Source of the DNA: the human T2T-CHM13v2.0 reference genome, Homo sapiens
Direction: 5' to 3' (one strand)
Assembly (NCBI RefSeq): GCF_009914755.1
Contig: NC_060930.1
Length of the DNA: 64,000 bases
Under the pieces are notes generated by a model. The model did no database searches. It worked only from the letters and a program-made list of their open reading frames with translations, and was not told the origin of the DNA. Below, piece after piece: positions 1 through 12,465 of the stretch (the first letter of the stretch is position 1; the number at the start of each line of letters is the position of its first letter). The position numbers were made by a program, and so were the translations under genes.

Positions 1-59
1 GTGGGGTTTCAGACAAGTCAGAACACTCTAAAATCCCAGTAATTTTTGGAAGAAGGGTA

Positions 60-1560
60 GAGATATACATTAACTGTAGATTTTGTTATTCTAAATATCA
101 TGGTAAAATGAAAGAATAGAAATGGTAACTATAAATTTCAAATTAGCAAAGAGAAAAAACAGGGTAAGAAAAAGTTTAAAAGCAGACAATCCCAAAGAAG
201 AAAGAAGCAGTATAAAAGCATGATAAATGAAGAAAAAACACTATATGATAGAAAGAAATCCAGATATATAAATGTATTGGGTTAAGCTCACCAATAAATG
301 AGATTGTCAAGTAGTATATATTAAAAAATCAAACTATATACTCTTTATGAAAGATGCTACTAAAATCTAAGGTTACAGAAAAGCTGAAGATAAAAGAAAC
401 AATATAAACCAAGTACATATTAACAAAATAAGGGCTGAGTTATCTAAACTACCATTAGAAAAGTTAGACATAAAGACCAAAACCATATACAGCAATAAAG
501 AGGATGACCACACAACAATAAATGGTTCAGTTTACCAGAGGGATTGAAAACTTTAAACTTACATGCACGTAATAAAAGAACCTCTAAATACATAAAGCAA
601 ATTTTGTCAAATCAACTCTTTCCAAAAGATCTCTCTATAACCAATTGGTAAAAAAGTTTTAGTAAGGATATAAGACATTGAACAACTCAATAAGATTGAT
701 TTAATGAGCCTGCAATTATATTTGTTTTCCTCAAGCAAACACAGATCTTTTATAAAAGATATACAGTATGCAATAAAGTGAATGTCAACACATTTCGAAG
801 TACTGGTATCACATATATGACATTATCTGATCAAAATGCAATCAACTTAAAAATCAGTAACAAAGAGATACTCCCAAACAGCTCTATACTTAGAAAAAAT
901 AATAAACTACTCATCTAAAAAAGTTATGATCCAAACAAAACATGAATATTAACAATCCTTTTAACTGAATGTTAATTGAAAACACTTCATCACTTGCTAG
1001 ATAGAGATACAATTGTGTTTCAAGGGATATTTATAATTTTAAATGCTTATGTTAGTTAAAAAGACAGTTAATGAACTAAGTTGCTAATATTAGAAGTTAT
1101 AAAATTAATTCCCAAATAAACATAGAGAAAGTAGAATGAAAAAATTGATAAAAATAGGGAAACAACTGAAATGGGAAACAAAGATACAATAAAGTGAAAC
1201 AATAATGTCAAAATTTGTTCTTGGAAAGATTAATAAAGTATACAAATTTCTGGAAAGATTGATCAACATTTAAAAAAAGAGAAGACACAATTTTTTATAG
1301 AATGAAACAGGAAACCAGCTACCACAGAGATAAGAAGAAAATATTATAATACTGCAAACATGATTTTATTATTTTCAATAAATTTTAAAACAGACTATAG
1401 AGGAAAATTCTGGGAAAATATGAATTATGTATTAAAAACTGACAAGACAGAAAAGTAAGCTTTATATAGTCCTACTATCATTGAAATTCAAATTAGCATT
1501 TTAACCAATTTCTCCCAAGAAAACAATAGGCCTAGATTATTTTGTAGATGAATTCTACGA
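60..1560 (+). mobile_element. Old L1 (L1M-type) fragment, 5' part of ORF2 (endonuclease region), decayed
   Basis: A-rich sense strand with recognisable ORF2 segments, ending in ggcctagattattttgtagatgaattcta (the PGPDGF.GEFY region); many stops. Confidence 0.8.
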
Positions 1561-1619
1561 GAGGCCCTAGTGAATGCTTCACGCTTTAAGTCTCTGTAAG
1601 CTATACTCTAAGAGTAAAG

Positions 1620-1945
1620 ACAAACTCGGGAAGCCTGAAATCTAGTCTTGAAATCACTCTTTCCTGGATTAGGTCAAGGTGATCTGCTCCAACCCTAACT
1701 GCCAACTGGAAGAAATGTGAACTTTCCCTAGAAGATGAAAATATCATTCAGAGTTTCTCCAATTTTGCATTTATAATGTCTAACATTCAATAAATGCTGA
1801 TCAGGCATATCAGGACACAAAACCAAATGAGGGAAAGCCAGGACAAAACTCAGAGAATAGAATCATACCTAGATGTGGTCCAGATATTAGGGTTATCAGA
1901 AACAAAGTTTAAAATATGTTTTAAAAAGTAGGTAACAAGGCAATT
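1620..1945 (+). mobile_element. L1M 5'/ORF1-start fragment
   Basis: ataatgtctaacattcaataaa...caggcatatc...ccagatattagggttatcagaaacaaagtttaaaa resembles the region upstream of and at the start of ORF1 in old L1M elements. Confidence 0.5.
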
Positions 1946-1959
1946 TTATTATCTGTTAC

Positions 1960-2850
1960 TAGTGACTGTTTCCTCCTTTCTAATTTTGATATCTTTTTAT
2001 TTCTTTTTCTTACATTGCTGGCTAAGATCCATAAGACAATGTTGAATAGAAATGATGAAAGTGGCAATTCTTGTCTTTCTTATGTAAAGAAAATGTTCTT
2101 AATATTTGATAATTAAGTATGATTTTGCTATAGGCTTCTGACAGATAATCTTTATCAGATTGTCCTTCTAATCCTGGCTTAGTAAGATTTTCTCATATGA
2201 AGAAGTATTGAATTGTATTTTACTTATTTGTGTTTTTGCCTCAATTGAGATGCTAATGTGGTTTTTCATCTTTACATTAAGGAATTTTTTTAATGTTAAG
2301 TAATTTTCAATGGTTAGTGATGTTGAACATCTTTTCATGTGTTTATTCATTATCCATATATTCTCTTTGGTGAAGCATTTATGTAAGTCTTATGACCATT
2401 AAAAAAGATTTTTAAATTAAATTTTTTTTACTATTGAGTTTGAGAGTTCTTTATTGAGTTTGAGAATTCTTTATATGTTATGGATGTAAGTCATTTATCA
2501 GATATGTGATTTGCAAATATTTTCTCTTAATCTCTAATTTGCATTTTTGTTCCCTAGGCAGTGTCTTTGGTAGGGCAAAAGTTCAATATATTAAATTTTT
2601 CTTTTATGGATTATGCTTTTGGTACTACATACAAGACCTCCTTGCCTAGCTCCAAGTCAAGAAGATTTTCTCCTATGTTTTCTTCTAAACATTTTACAGT
2701 CTAACATTCTGCATTTAGGTCTATAATCCATTTGGAACTAATTTTTGTGTAAAATGTAAGGTTTGGGTCAAAGTTGTGGTTTTTTGCATATGAACGTCCA
2801 AACATTCCAACAGCATTATTTGTTGAAAAGATGACAGTACTCTTGATCAC
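1960..2850 (-). mobile_element. Old L1 ORF2 fragments (antisense; probably two pieces)
   Basis: T-rich strand; acaatgttgaatagaaatgatgaaagtggc and gatgttgaacatcttttcatgtgtttatt are L1 antisense motifs; the track ORFs MNKHMKRCSTSL and NFDPNLTFYTKISSKWIIDLN are ORF2-like. Confidence 0.85.
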
Positions 2851-3749
2851 ATCACAATATATTTTAATTATCTTTTTCCATGCATACTCCATACATTGGA
2901 GTATGTATTTCTCCTGCCCTGAGTCTACAAATCATCTTTGTGTGTGGGAATCTATCTTAGAAACTTGAACAGTTAGTACTCAGTAAATATTGGTTGGATT
3001 AATAATAATGAAACAATGAATTCAGATTTTCCTGTGTGTGGTAGAAATGTTCAGAAATACATGTAATGAAGATGTCTTTTTGGTGTGTGCTTTCTTCCAT
3101 TCCCTTCTTAAAGAATGTGTAGGCGTATGTATCCTGTGACTTTGTCCATAAATGATTGGACTAGAGGTAGAAGCATAAACCAAAGTGGGCCAACTAGTTT
3201 TTTCATCCCCAAAGTTTGAATTGTGATGTGGACAGAGCAATTCATATTTTTCTGGGTTCTGGCTCTGCAATATTATGTAGACTCAGCGGCTGAAGCCACC
3301 CTATTGAGGTGGCAGTGATGTCCCATATAGAAGTGAAGGAGAGAATGGAATGATCCTTTGAGAAGCAAAAGTGGAGACAGGGACAAAAGGTAGATGTTTG
3401 AATTTATTATAGTTTTTCCCAATCTGGGCTGGGATTTTTGAGAATTCCTATTTTCAAAGCTAGCTTTCCTGGGGATTTAATTCATTGCAATGAAACTGTC
3501 TAGCCAAAGCAAGCAGTAAGAATAATGCAACAAATGACATTTAATTTAAACCATAATCTAAAAGGTAAGCTGACTCTACAGAAATTACAATACAACATTT
3601 GTATGTAACATACGAATGTAACTTTTTATTAAGAATAGTATAAAGATATGGGTAACACATACAGCCATCCTGCTTAGTTTAAATAACTAAAGTGTCATTG
3701 GGACTAAAAGAATAGTACTCTGAAATGGTCTCTGCTCTTCTAAGGATTA

Positions 3750-3880
3750 GTTTATTCAATGATTCAGTGTCAAGACTGGATGCTGATATTAAAAACATAG
3801 ATGACATAGTCCTACCTTATTAAGCTCAGAGCTTAGTAGGGGAAATGGAAATTAACAAATAATTATAATGTTAGACTCTT
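3750..3880 (-). mobile_element. L2 3' fragment
   Basis: tttattcaa...gacatagtcctacc...agctcagagcttagtagggga L2 tail pattern. Confidence 0.5.
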
Positions 3881-4973
3881 ATATGAATAAACAAGAAACA
3901 AAAGCAAACCACATCAGTCTACAATAAAGTCTGGAAGTGTTATGTACATTCATAACATCAGAAGCTCCTGATATTTAGTGATGTCAGGGAAGACTTCAAG
4001 GGGATTTGAGACATGAGGACAGAGGTGTTTGTGTGGGTAGAGAAGAAAATGGAGACATGGAAGGTGGAAAAGCTTCCTTTACGTGTAACAATGTTGATAG
4101 AAATGTAAATATTGTTCAGCTTTTTTTGAAGGGCTTGGGCATGCATTCAAAGTCACACACACAGTTCCCATGCATTATTTGCTTGCAATGGGAATAGACA
4201 ATGTGAGTAGAGGGTGCTAAGTTTTGTCTAGAAGGTGCTCTCACAGTTCAGCTTTCATTTTTAGGAAACATAAGAACAAAGGAAAGATGTTACTGCCAGA
4301 GCTTGAGGAAGGAGCTGTTTCATGGTATGTTGACAGTAATTTAATCATGAAAGGTTATCTTCTAGACTAGCACTCAAATTTCCTTAGTCTTTCCTGATGA
4401 TCAAGGGCATTCTTTGTTAAGTCTAATGTGCTGGCCCTCAAAGTTGCCTAGTATGCAAGGAAGCTGTCAATCATATACTTTAAAAAATGAACAGCAGAAG
4501 GGTTCTAAAGGGAAATCAAATTATGGTCCATTTGGAAATGTCACAATCAAGTGGTACTAGCAAAACTGAAGAGGTTCATTGACCATTCAAATTGATATAT
4601 AAAGAATTACGTGTTTTTGCTGCTAATCAAAGATAAAGCTGCCTATGTGGAGCCTGAGACCACTCAGGCTTTAGCTAATGTTAGTGTTTACATGACATGT
4701 TGGAAAAAAACTGGGCAATTACAAAGGCCCAGTCTAACTAGATCCTAACAGGCAAAATGCCCTCTGATCCAAATGTTAATAGCTTTGACCTTCATTGGTT
4801 TTTAATCTCATTCTGTCTAGCAGAGTAAATGAACCCTAGATTACACTGTACAGAAGAGTCTTTTCTGTTTTTCATTCAGTTTATTTTTATGTTTTTTCTG
4901 TTATTGCGGGGAAATTGAAAGTCTGTCTTTTTTCAGTTGGGTATATCACTGAGTGTATGCACAGAGAGGCTGC

Positions 4974-5082
4974 TGATTGACAGTGCTTCGACAAAGGCAG
5001 ATTCAGTTTGCGGCTGATAAGGAGCAAAGTCATCCATGCCGTGTTTACAAAGTAGGCAAGGAGAGTAAAAAATTAGTGATAA
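4974..5082. promoter_or_regulatory. Candidate enhancer: PBX/MEIS, GATA, HNF4-like and FOX motif cluster
   Basis: TGATTGACAG 4974-4983, CTGATAAG 5014-5021, GGAGCAAAGTCA 5021-5032, TGTTTAC 5042-5048 and TGATAA 5077-5082, in sequence with no recognisable repeat. Confidence 0.5.
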
Positions 5083-5894
5083 AAGAGCTAATCTCATTGT
5101 TTTGCTGGATGAGAGAATGGCACTTTTGTGCTTGCTTTAAGAGGTGCTGGCGTGTTGCCCCTCCTTCCCCCTATATGCTTTGGCGGCAAAACAATTTCCA
5201 GATTCCCCAAAGTGTTATAGATTATAAAGGACACAGTAATGCTGGAAGGGTTTCCTGCTGTTGAGAAGGGTGCAAGCTGCACTGGAGATTGGCTGTTTAT
5301 TCTATGTACTCATGACCCATACTGCATAAACTACTGATTTTCTCCCTCTGGTGTTTCTAAAGCAAAAGATAAATATTTGGGATGTCAGATTAATTCATCA
5401 GTGTTTAATTTTCCAACATATTTAAATACTTAGTTGTGCTAAGAATAAAGTTTGACACTCCTTTATGACAGGTCACAACTGGGTATAGGTTCTGGCTGTG
5501 GTAACTGGGCCTCTTTGAGTAACAGGCCAAGCAGCTGAAGGAATAGATCAGAGGAGAGGGCTGCACTTTTGTTCTTAGGGCATCAGTGTTTTGTTAGTTC
5601 ATGACTACTTTGTTATAAGCCCTATAAGCATGGAAGAAATAGTAGTGTATAGTGGCTCTTGGCACAAACACAGTTTAAAAATTATTGTGTCTGCATCTAA
5701 AGTGTTCTGGTTATATAACTTCATCCTCTACTCAGTTTTTCTAAAGGAAAGGTAAGAGATGATGGATCAGCCAGAGGGATATCCCAGGTTTTACCATGTC
5801 TCATACTGCTGATATCTGCGTTTAGTGGTGACCAACAAAAAAGTATAATGGTGGCAGCCACGTGTTTATTCCAGGTGATCTGAATCATTGACTC

Positions 5895-6760
5895 TTTCAT
5901 TCATTTATTCAACACCATGTTCATGCAAACCTTCGATGGGCCAGGTGCTGGAGCTACTGATGGGAACAAAACATGGATCACAACCTAAGGGAGTTTCTAA
6001 TCTTGTAGGGAAGATAGCAAAGTAGACAAATCATTACTGTACAGTATACTGCATTTTATGCTAGAGATGCTTACAGGGCACAGGAGAAGTGCTCCTCAGG
6101 AAGGCAAGGAAGGCTCCCAATAGATGATAGTTAATGGTATCTTGAAGAGTGTGTAGGAATGAGTCAGGAAATATACAACTCAGAATAACCAGAGTACTTC
6201 TTCTCAAGCTGTCAGACAAACTTGTGTTACAGGAGTATGTAAGGCCACAGAATAGATGTGACCTTATTTACCCCCCAAAATTTACTTTTTATTGGTTTGA
6301 CAAATATTTATTGACGACCTAATCTGTGCTAGGCACTCTAACAGACATCAGGGATAGTTAATAAATTAGACAATCTTAAAACTCATGGATTTTCAATTCT
6401 TGGGAAATATATCTCAAAATATTTGAATATGTTATTGAAAAGAATGTAAAAATTTATGCAACCAAGCATGAGTATTTCATATAAATTTTGTGCTTGCAAG
6501 AGCAGTTTTGGCAATGCCCTTAGACCCCAAGATAATGTGTTCATTTTATTCTAGAGTTGGGATACTGTGTTGAAAGACTGAGGAGTGCTTGTAAGGTATA
6601 TGTGAGGAACTGAGTGTGAGACATGGGATTGGGGAAGTAGGTAAGCACTAAACCAATAAGTTTGCATTTTCTATTAAAATAAATGATGCACTATAAGAGG
6701 ATTTGAAGCAGGAAAGGCACGATCAGTTTAGGGTTTTAGAAGGATCACTCTGGTGGCAAG
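5895..6760 (-). mobile_element. L2 fragments (several)
   Basis: tcattcatttattcaacac...gggccaggtgctgg; caaatatttattgacgacct...gtgctaggcact; ttttagaaggatcactctgg. Confidence 0.65.
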
Positions 6761-7074
6761 TACTCATAGGTCTGTCTGAGATAATGCTTTAAAAATATAG
6801 TCCCTATCACTGTTTTGCATTTTTCTCTGCCTGTATTGAATCATTTGAATGGTTTTCATTAATGTCCAAATAGCTAAAGCTAAGGACCTGCACTTAACTA
6901 CCTGCAAACACACAGTGCACGGACAAGGGGATTTACCTTTGTGGAATTTCTCTTAAAGTTGAAGTTGCCAAAAGCATAAATTGAACCTAAAATTTGGGAC
7001 CACCTTTATTCATACTCTGAATTGATTTAACTTTCTCTTTAAAATACCTCAAATATTTTACATATACTAGGTAA

Positions 7075-8040
7075 TCTGTTTTTCAGAGAGAGTGGTTGCA
7101 AATAGCCAAAACCCATTCAAACTAGCTCAAGCTGCAAGGAAAAATATATTGAATTATTAGAAGGGCAAACAATGTAACCAGAACTTAGACCTATAGCCAG
7201 AATATAGAAGGAGAATAAGTCTAAGACCAAGGGAGCTACTGTTTTTCCGGGTCTCTCTGATGCATGTTGGATACTAGCTTAATTCTTTGTTATTTCTGCA
7301 GCAAGTTGTTTTTTCTTATTCATCTGATTTTTTAAAATGAGCACATGTATAAAATGTCCACACCAAGCTGTGTCCTTTTAGTTTAAGAATCACCAGAGAC
7401 TACATAATTTTAGTTTTTACAGAGAGAGAACTGGACTGGCTAGTTTGAGTATGGTGACTACTCCTGGTAAAGTCAGCTGTGATTGGGAAGAGGTCCTGCA
7501 GCTCAGCCGCCATTCACTGGGGCTGTGTAAACAGACTCTGAATTCTCAGGGGTGTAGAGAAGTTCTATTAGGAGAGGGGTTGGGGCAGACTACAGTGATT
7601 AGATGAGGTAGTGACTAATCTCTAGCAACTTCCACAAAGAAAGCTTGGCAAGTCCCCAATATCCATGGGTATGTTTTTCGTAGGAGAATGACCATTCCTT
7701 TTCTAGATTTCTTTGTTCATTTTGATATTTCATAAATAGGTTGCTGTATTAGTCCTAATTCTTCAGGTTGCAGTGCTAGAAATTGAACTCATATTGCTAA
7801 AATATAATGTATTGCCTGATACACATGAAATGTTTAGATAATATGTGAGTTCGCCTAATGTTTGGATAATATGTGGGTTTCACAGCTAGGTCTAGCTACC
7901 CTGATCATCTAAGCAGGAATCCATTTCTGTCCTTCTGCAGGTGCTGCTTTCTTTCCTGAAGTCTTCATTCTCAGATAGCATCTGTACTAATCTGGTAGTA
8001 CAGATGACTACCACAAGCTCCTGACTTGCATCCTGCTTTG
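7075..8040. mobile_element. Two decayed ERVL-class LTR fragments (LTR33-like)
   Basis: ggttgcaaatagccaaaacccattcaaactagct and tgtattagtc...ggttgcagtgctagaaattgaactc match LTR33-type ends. Confidence 0.45.
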
Positions 8041-8948
8041 AATGTTGATGGATATCAGAAGTATGGTTGCTTTTGCTACCAAAACAATTTAGGTTCCAAA
8101 ATTAAAATAGTAAATTAGAATAAAAATCAATGTTCTATTCCCATTTTTTAGCTACTGAGTTGAATTTAGGTGGGGGAAGTATTTTTGACTTGAACTTTCT
8201 ACAAATTTACTGTATGTATGTGAACATTAATAGGATAGCAGTATACTAAATATGAATATTGGGATTGAAGACTGCAGAATGCAAGACACTGTGGCATCTT
8301 ACAATAGTTACAAAGGCATTAGCACAAGGCAGATTTATTTGTTTATTTATGTCCCCTATAAACCACAGCTAGACTGTTTTTTATTGATTTTTTTTTTTAA
8401 TTTGCCTTGACCTCTTTTTTCTAAATTCCAAAATATTAAGATTCTTATTCAGCAGATTTGAGAAGTTTTTAAATGTAATAAAGTGGTTTTGATTGTAGTG
8501 AGGAAAACCAGCCCAAGAGCATATAGCTGCTGTGAGGATTTACTACCTGGGAAGGTAAAAGAAAACAAAAGGGTCCATATTCATGGGGGTCCTTTATTTT
8601 ACATATGCATATCTGTGTTCATGGACCAGAATTTGTATTCTCCACTTGTATTTTAGAAAGACTGCCTAGTGTTATGAGAGACAGATTGAAGGTTATTGAT
8701 ATTATAACTGAGGGGCAGTTTAAAAGTTGAGTTAGAATTGATAGTTGTTGCATTTAGAAGTTTGTCACTTCTAAGCCAGACCTAGCTATAGGAGTAGAAG
8801 ATGAGTATAGATATCATGGAGATAAATTTTTGTAAAAACAAATTTTCCTTTCAAGTTTTGGCCAATGCTTTTGCTGCATATTGTTGCTTTTCATATTTTT
8901 ATTGTTAGCAACATGATAAAACTATGTCAGTAAGTGGGTTAGCTAATA

Positions 8949-9167
8949 TAGGTAGGGTATCCTTTATCTGAAATGCTTGGGATCAGAAGCATTTCAGATT
9001 TCTGATGTTTTTTCAGATTTTGGAATATTTACATTATACTTACTGGTTCAGCTTTCTTAATCCAGAAATCCAAAATCGGAAGCTTTGAGCATCATGTCAG
9101 CACTCAGAAAGTTTCAGATTGGCAAACATTTTGGATTTTGCTATGAGGATTAGGGATTCTCAACCTG
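8949..9167. mobile_element. Tigger4a (Zombi/MER46-type) TcMar MITE
   Basis: Terminal inverted repeats (aggtagggtatcc...agggattctcaacctg), TA on both flanks, internal ctgaaatgcttgggatcagaag and ttttggaatattt. Confidence 0.85.
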
Positions 9168-9891
9168 TAATTTCTTAAAAGTGGTTTTAAGAAACATTTG
9201 AATAGGAAGATTCAGATTAGTATAATTTTGTGGAAGGAAATAAGAGGATTAGAAGTAGTGAGAATAGGAATTATTTATGTCTGATAGAAAGCAGGGCAGT
9301 GGAGCAGAATTTAAGTAGAGATGTCCAGGGCAACTGATGCCAGGGGTGTGTAAACTAACATGAAGCTAGGGTTTTGAAAGGAAAGAGGAGACTCAGTTTT
9401 GATGCTGATTTACTGCTCATGCCATGTTAAGGTTCTTCTCATGGCTATGGCGTTAGGAATATGGACCTTTTGTTTTCTTTTACTTTTCCAGGTGGTGAAT
9501 CATCACAGCAGCTACATGCTATTGGGCTGGTTTTCTTTAGTACAATCAAAACCTCTTTATTACAAATGTAAGGATAACCTAATGCAAACTACATAAAGAA
9601 CAGGTATATTCAGTTTTAGGATACAAAACCTAGTCCTGTTTCATGTTGGAGACTGTTCTCACAGATATGTCTGGAACTTTCTTTCTGTTCCAAATTTCTT
9701 AGTTTACTGCATAATTTTATTTACCCTGGAATCAGGTTACTTTTCTATTTATCTGTCCTGCTTCTCTGAGCCAAAGAGCTTAAATCTTTTCTAATTTTAC
9801 AATTTCAAAGTTTTAAGTCTTCTAGGAAATGAAGATATTTTATTCATTCTATAAATGTATGTTAGATGAATGAGGTCACAATTAGCCAAGT

Positions 9892-9965
9892 TATATATTA
9901 TATATATATTTTAATATATAGATAAATATGAAATATATATTATATATTATGTAATATATATTACG
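9892..9965. repeat. AT-rich low-complexity/(TA)n tract
   Basis: Direct inspection. Confidence 0.8.
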
Positions 9966-10799
9966 TATAAGGTGCAATACACAAACCATCACAATAGTAC
10001 ACATTCAGACTTATGATAAAGTAACATGTGAAGAGAAATGTGTGGATGGAAATTGCTAAACAATGTTCGGGTTGCTCTACTACTTCTCTTTTCTTTGTTT
10101 CTCTTTTCTTTAGTGTGCTTTCTCTTCTCTCTCTTTTTGGTGTTCTAATAAAGGAGAAAGGAAGAGGTATAAAATGTTGGGAAAATATCAGAAGTTGGAG
10201 TAGGAATGAAGCACCACAAGGAAGCTAACCTAAGTAAATTGTCCCTTTGTCATCCAATGCTCATAAAAAAACTACAAATTATTTTTAGATTTCTAAGTTC
10301 CTTGTTTTGGAATTCAAGTTAGTGCCCACAGTTTAAAGATACCAATAACTCATACCGTCTTGGAGGCAATTGCTTTAAGTTGATTTACTTTGATCAATGG
10401 AGGAGGCATTAAGTTGGTTTACCTTTGTCCCAGATGGGAGAAGTAGGATCTATAATGGAACAAAAACATTTTCTAAGATGAAAACTTGTGGGATGATGAG
10501 TTTCCCATTTCTTTTGTTGCCTGCCCAGAATTCAGGTGAGAACTCAGGGTTTTGTAATTCAAGCATTGATTAGGAAGTGTGTAAACTAGGGTTCATTTGT
10601 TAAAAGCAAAATTAAATATCTTAGGCAACTTATGCAAGAAGGGAATGTATTGAAAGGATTTGTGAAAGCTTGGAGTTGCTAATAGAGTCTAGTAGACCTA
10701 TGGTGGAAAAAAGAAAAATCCAGGCAACTCCAAAAGGTCTAGTTGGCAAAACCACTCCACAATACAGGCAAGACACCATCAATGGAAAGAACAAATTCC

Positions 10800-11130
10800 T
10801 ACTTTATTTAATAAATGTTTATTGGGTACTCATAAGATCTGGGCAGGGAGATACTACAAGGAATGAACAAGAGTCCTGGTCTTGTGCTCTTATATTTTAG
10901 TGAGTAAATAGACACAAAACTAATAAATAAATAAGTATGTAATACTCCAAGAAGTGATAAGTGCTAAGAAGAGTTCTGAAAGGAAATATAGTAACAGAAC
11001 AGAATACTGAGGAAGGTACTAGAAACCCTGTGGGGAGAGTTTGGCAGAAAGAAGGAAAAGGAGCTGCAAAATGTGTTTAAGGAGCAATAAGGAGAGGGTG
11101 TGGCCAGATAGAGAGTATGAAGGGCAAAGT
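10800..11130 (-). mobile_element. L2 fragment
   Basis: tttatttaataaatgtttattgggtact...gaatgaacaagagtcctggtcttgtgctc. Confidence 0.6.
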
Positions 11131-12294
11131 GATGGGAAAATAAGAGTGTCAATTGCTCCTCTGACCTCGGTCTCTCCGCTTAAGGGTTAAAATCTCTGGA
11201 GAAAGAATCTGTTAGCTGACCTTAAAACTTGTGCTCACTCCTTAGCGGAATAAGGAAGAGAAGAGGCATAAGATAGTTGAAGAATTTTATAGAGACCTTT
11301 TTAGCATCATGGGAGGGGGATCAGGGCAGTTGGATTCACCATCCTTCTTAAAGGAGGAGGGGAAAGTTTTCAAAGAAGAAAATTTAGGGTATAGTTAGGA
11401 AGGGGGATTAATGTTGAATGTTGAATTACAAATGTCCCCATGACCAGTTAGCATAAGTGACCTTTGTGCTCCTTTTCAACACTGTGGTGGATTGAGTGGT
11501 GCAGGTGAAAGATGGAAGCAAGAGGGGAAAGAATAAAAAGCTGACAAAGTGAGATGTCCCCCACCATCGGTCAGCACCCCTCACTCCTGCTCTGGCTTCT
11601 ACCTTCTGCTCCCCATTACCATGTGGGTAATACACAGGTTGGTCACAAGGAACAGAGGCAAGACCTGTGGGGGGTGAATTATTACAAGGGATAGATATAA
11701 TGGGAAATAATGAGGCACAGGCAACTGGCTGCTCACAGCTGAACAGCTAGGAGATCTGACATGCTCTGGGACAGCAGTAGCCACTCTAGGAGGCAGCACC
11801 TTGGAGTGGGTTTGTCCATCACTTCCTCATTCTCAAGTCACCTTCTTTCAGCCTCTTCTACTGAACCTGCTTCTATGCTATTCCTAACTCCCCCTCTTGT
11901 TTTGGCTCTTTGAGAGCTTCTGCATGCCGCTTTTTCTCCACAAACCATTTCACATCAGCTCTGCTCCACATCTGATCTGTGGGTGACTTACATTCAAACT
12001 CCCTGAGAGAAGAGAGGATAGGATTGATCGGTTGTCCTTATTTATTGCAGTCTTGTTATTGTGTGAATTTCTTCTCGCACAAGGTGATGCCACAGGCTGA
12101 TGGCCAATGCATGTCAGACTGCTTTAGATTCAGATACTAACCCTTGATTTAGGCATCTAGGAAAAACAGTGGGGTCTCAGAAACCAAGGATCATGCCTAA
12201 GGAAGTGTTTATGGATGCTTTATTCAGAAGGAGTTGGTGAGTGTGGCAGGTGCTCAGGGTTTCTTAAGACTTTTTTTCTAGTGCTAAAAAAATG

Positions 12295-12465
12295 CCAACA
12301 TCAATATATAGAATGCCTGCTGTGTGACAGGCATTTAAAACACATTATTTCTGGCTCTGAGAACAACCTTACCATGTAGGTATTATTATTCCTTTTTTTT
12401 TACTTCAAAAATCACACAGCTGGTAAATGAATGAGCTAGAATTTGAATTCAAAGTGTCCATTTTC
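12295..12465 (-). mobile_element. MIR
   Basis: aacaaccttaccatgtaggtattattattcc...atcacacagctggtaaatg...gctagaatttgaa. Confidence 0.7.

Noticed and set aside
2432-2474. Short tandem duplications (also ~7829-7879, ~36162-36208, ~40841-40873 and ~63729-63764)
   Set aside because: Ordinary two-copy slippage duplications; no spacers, so not a CRISPR-like array
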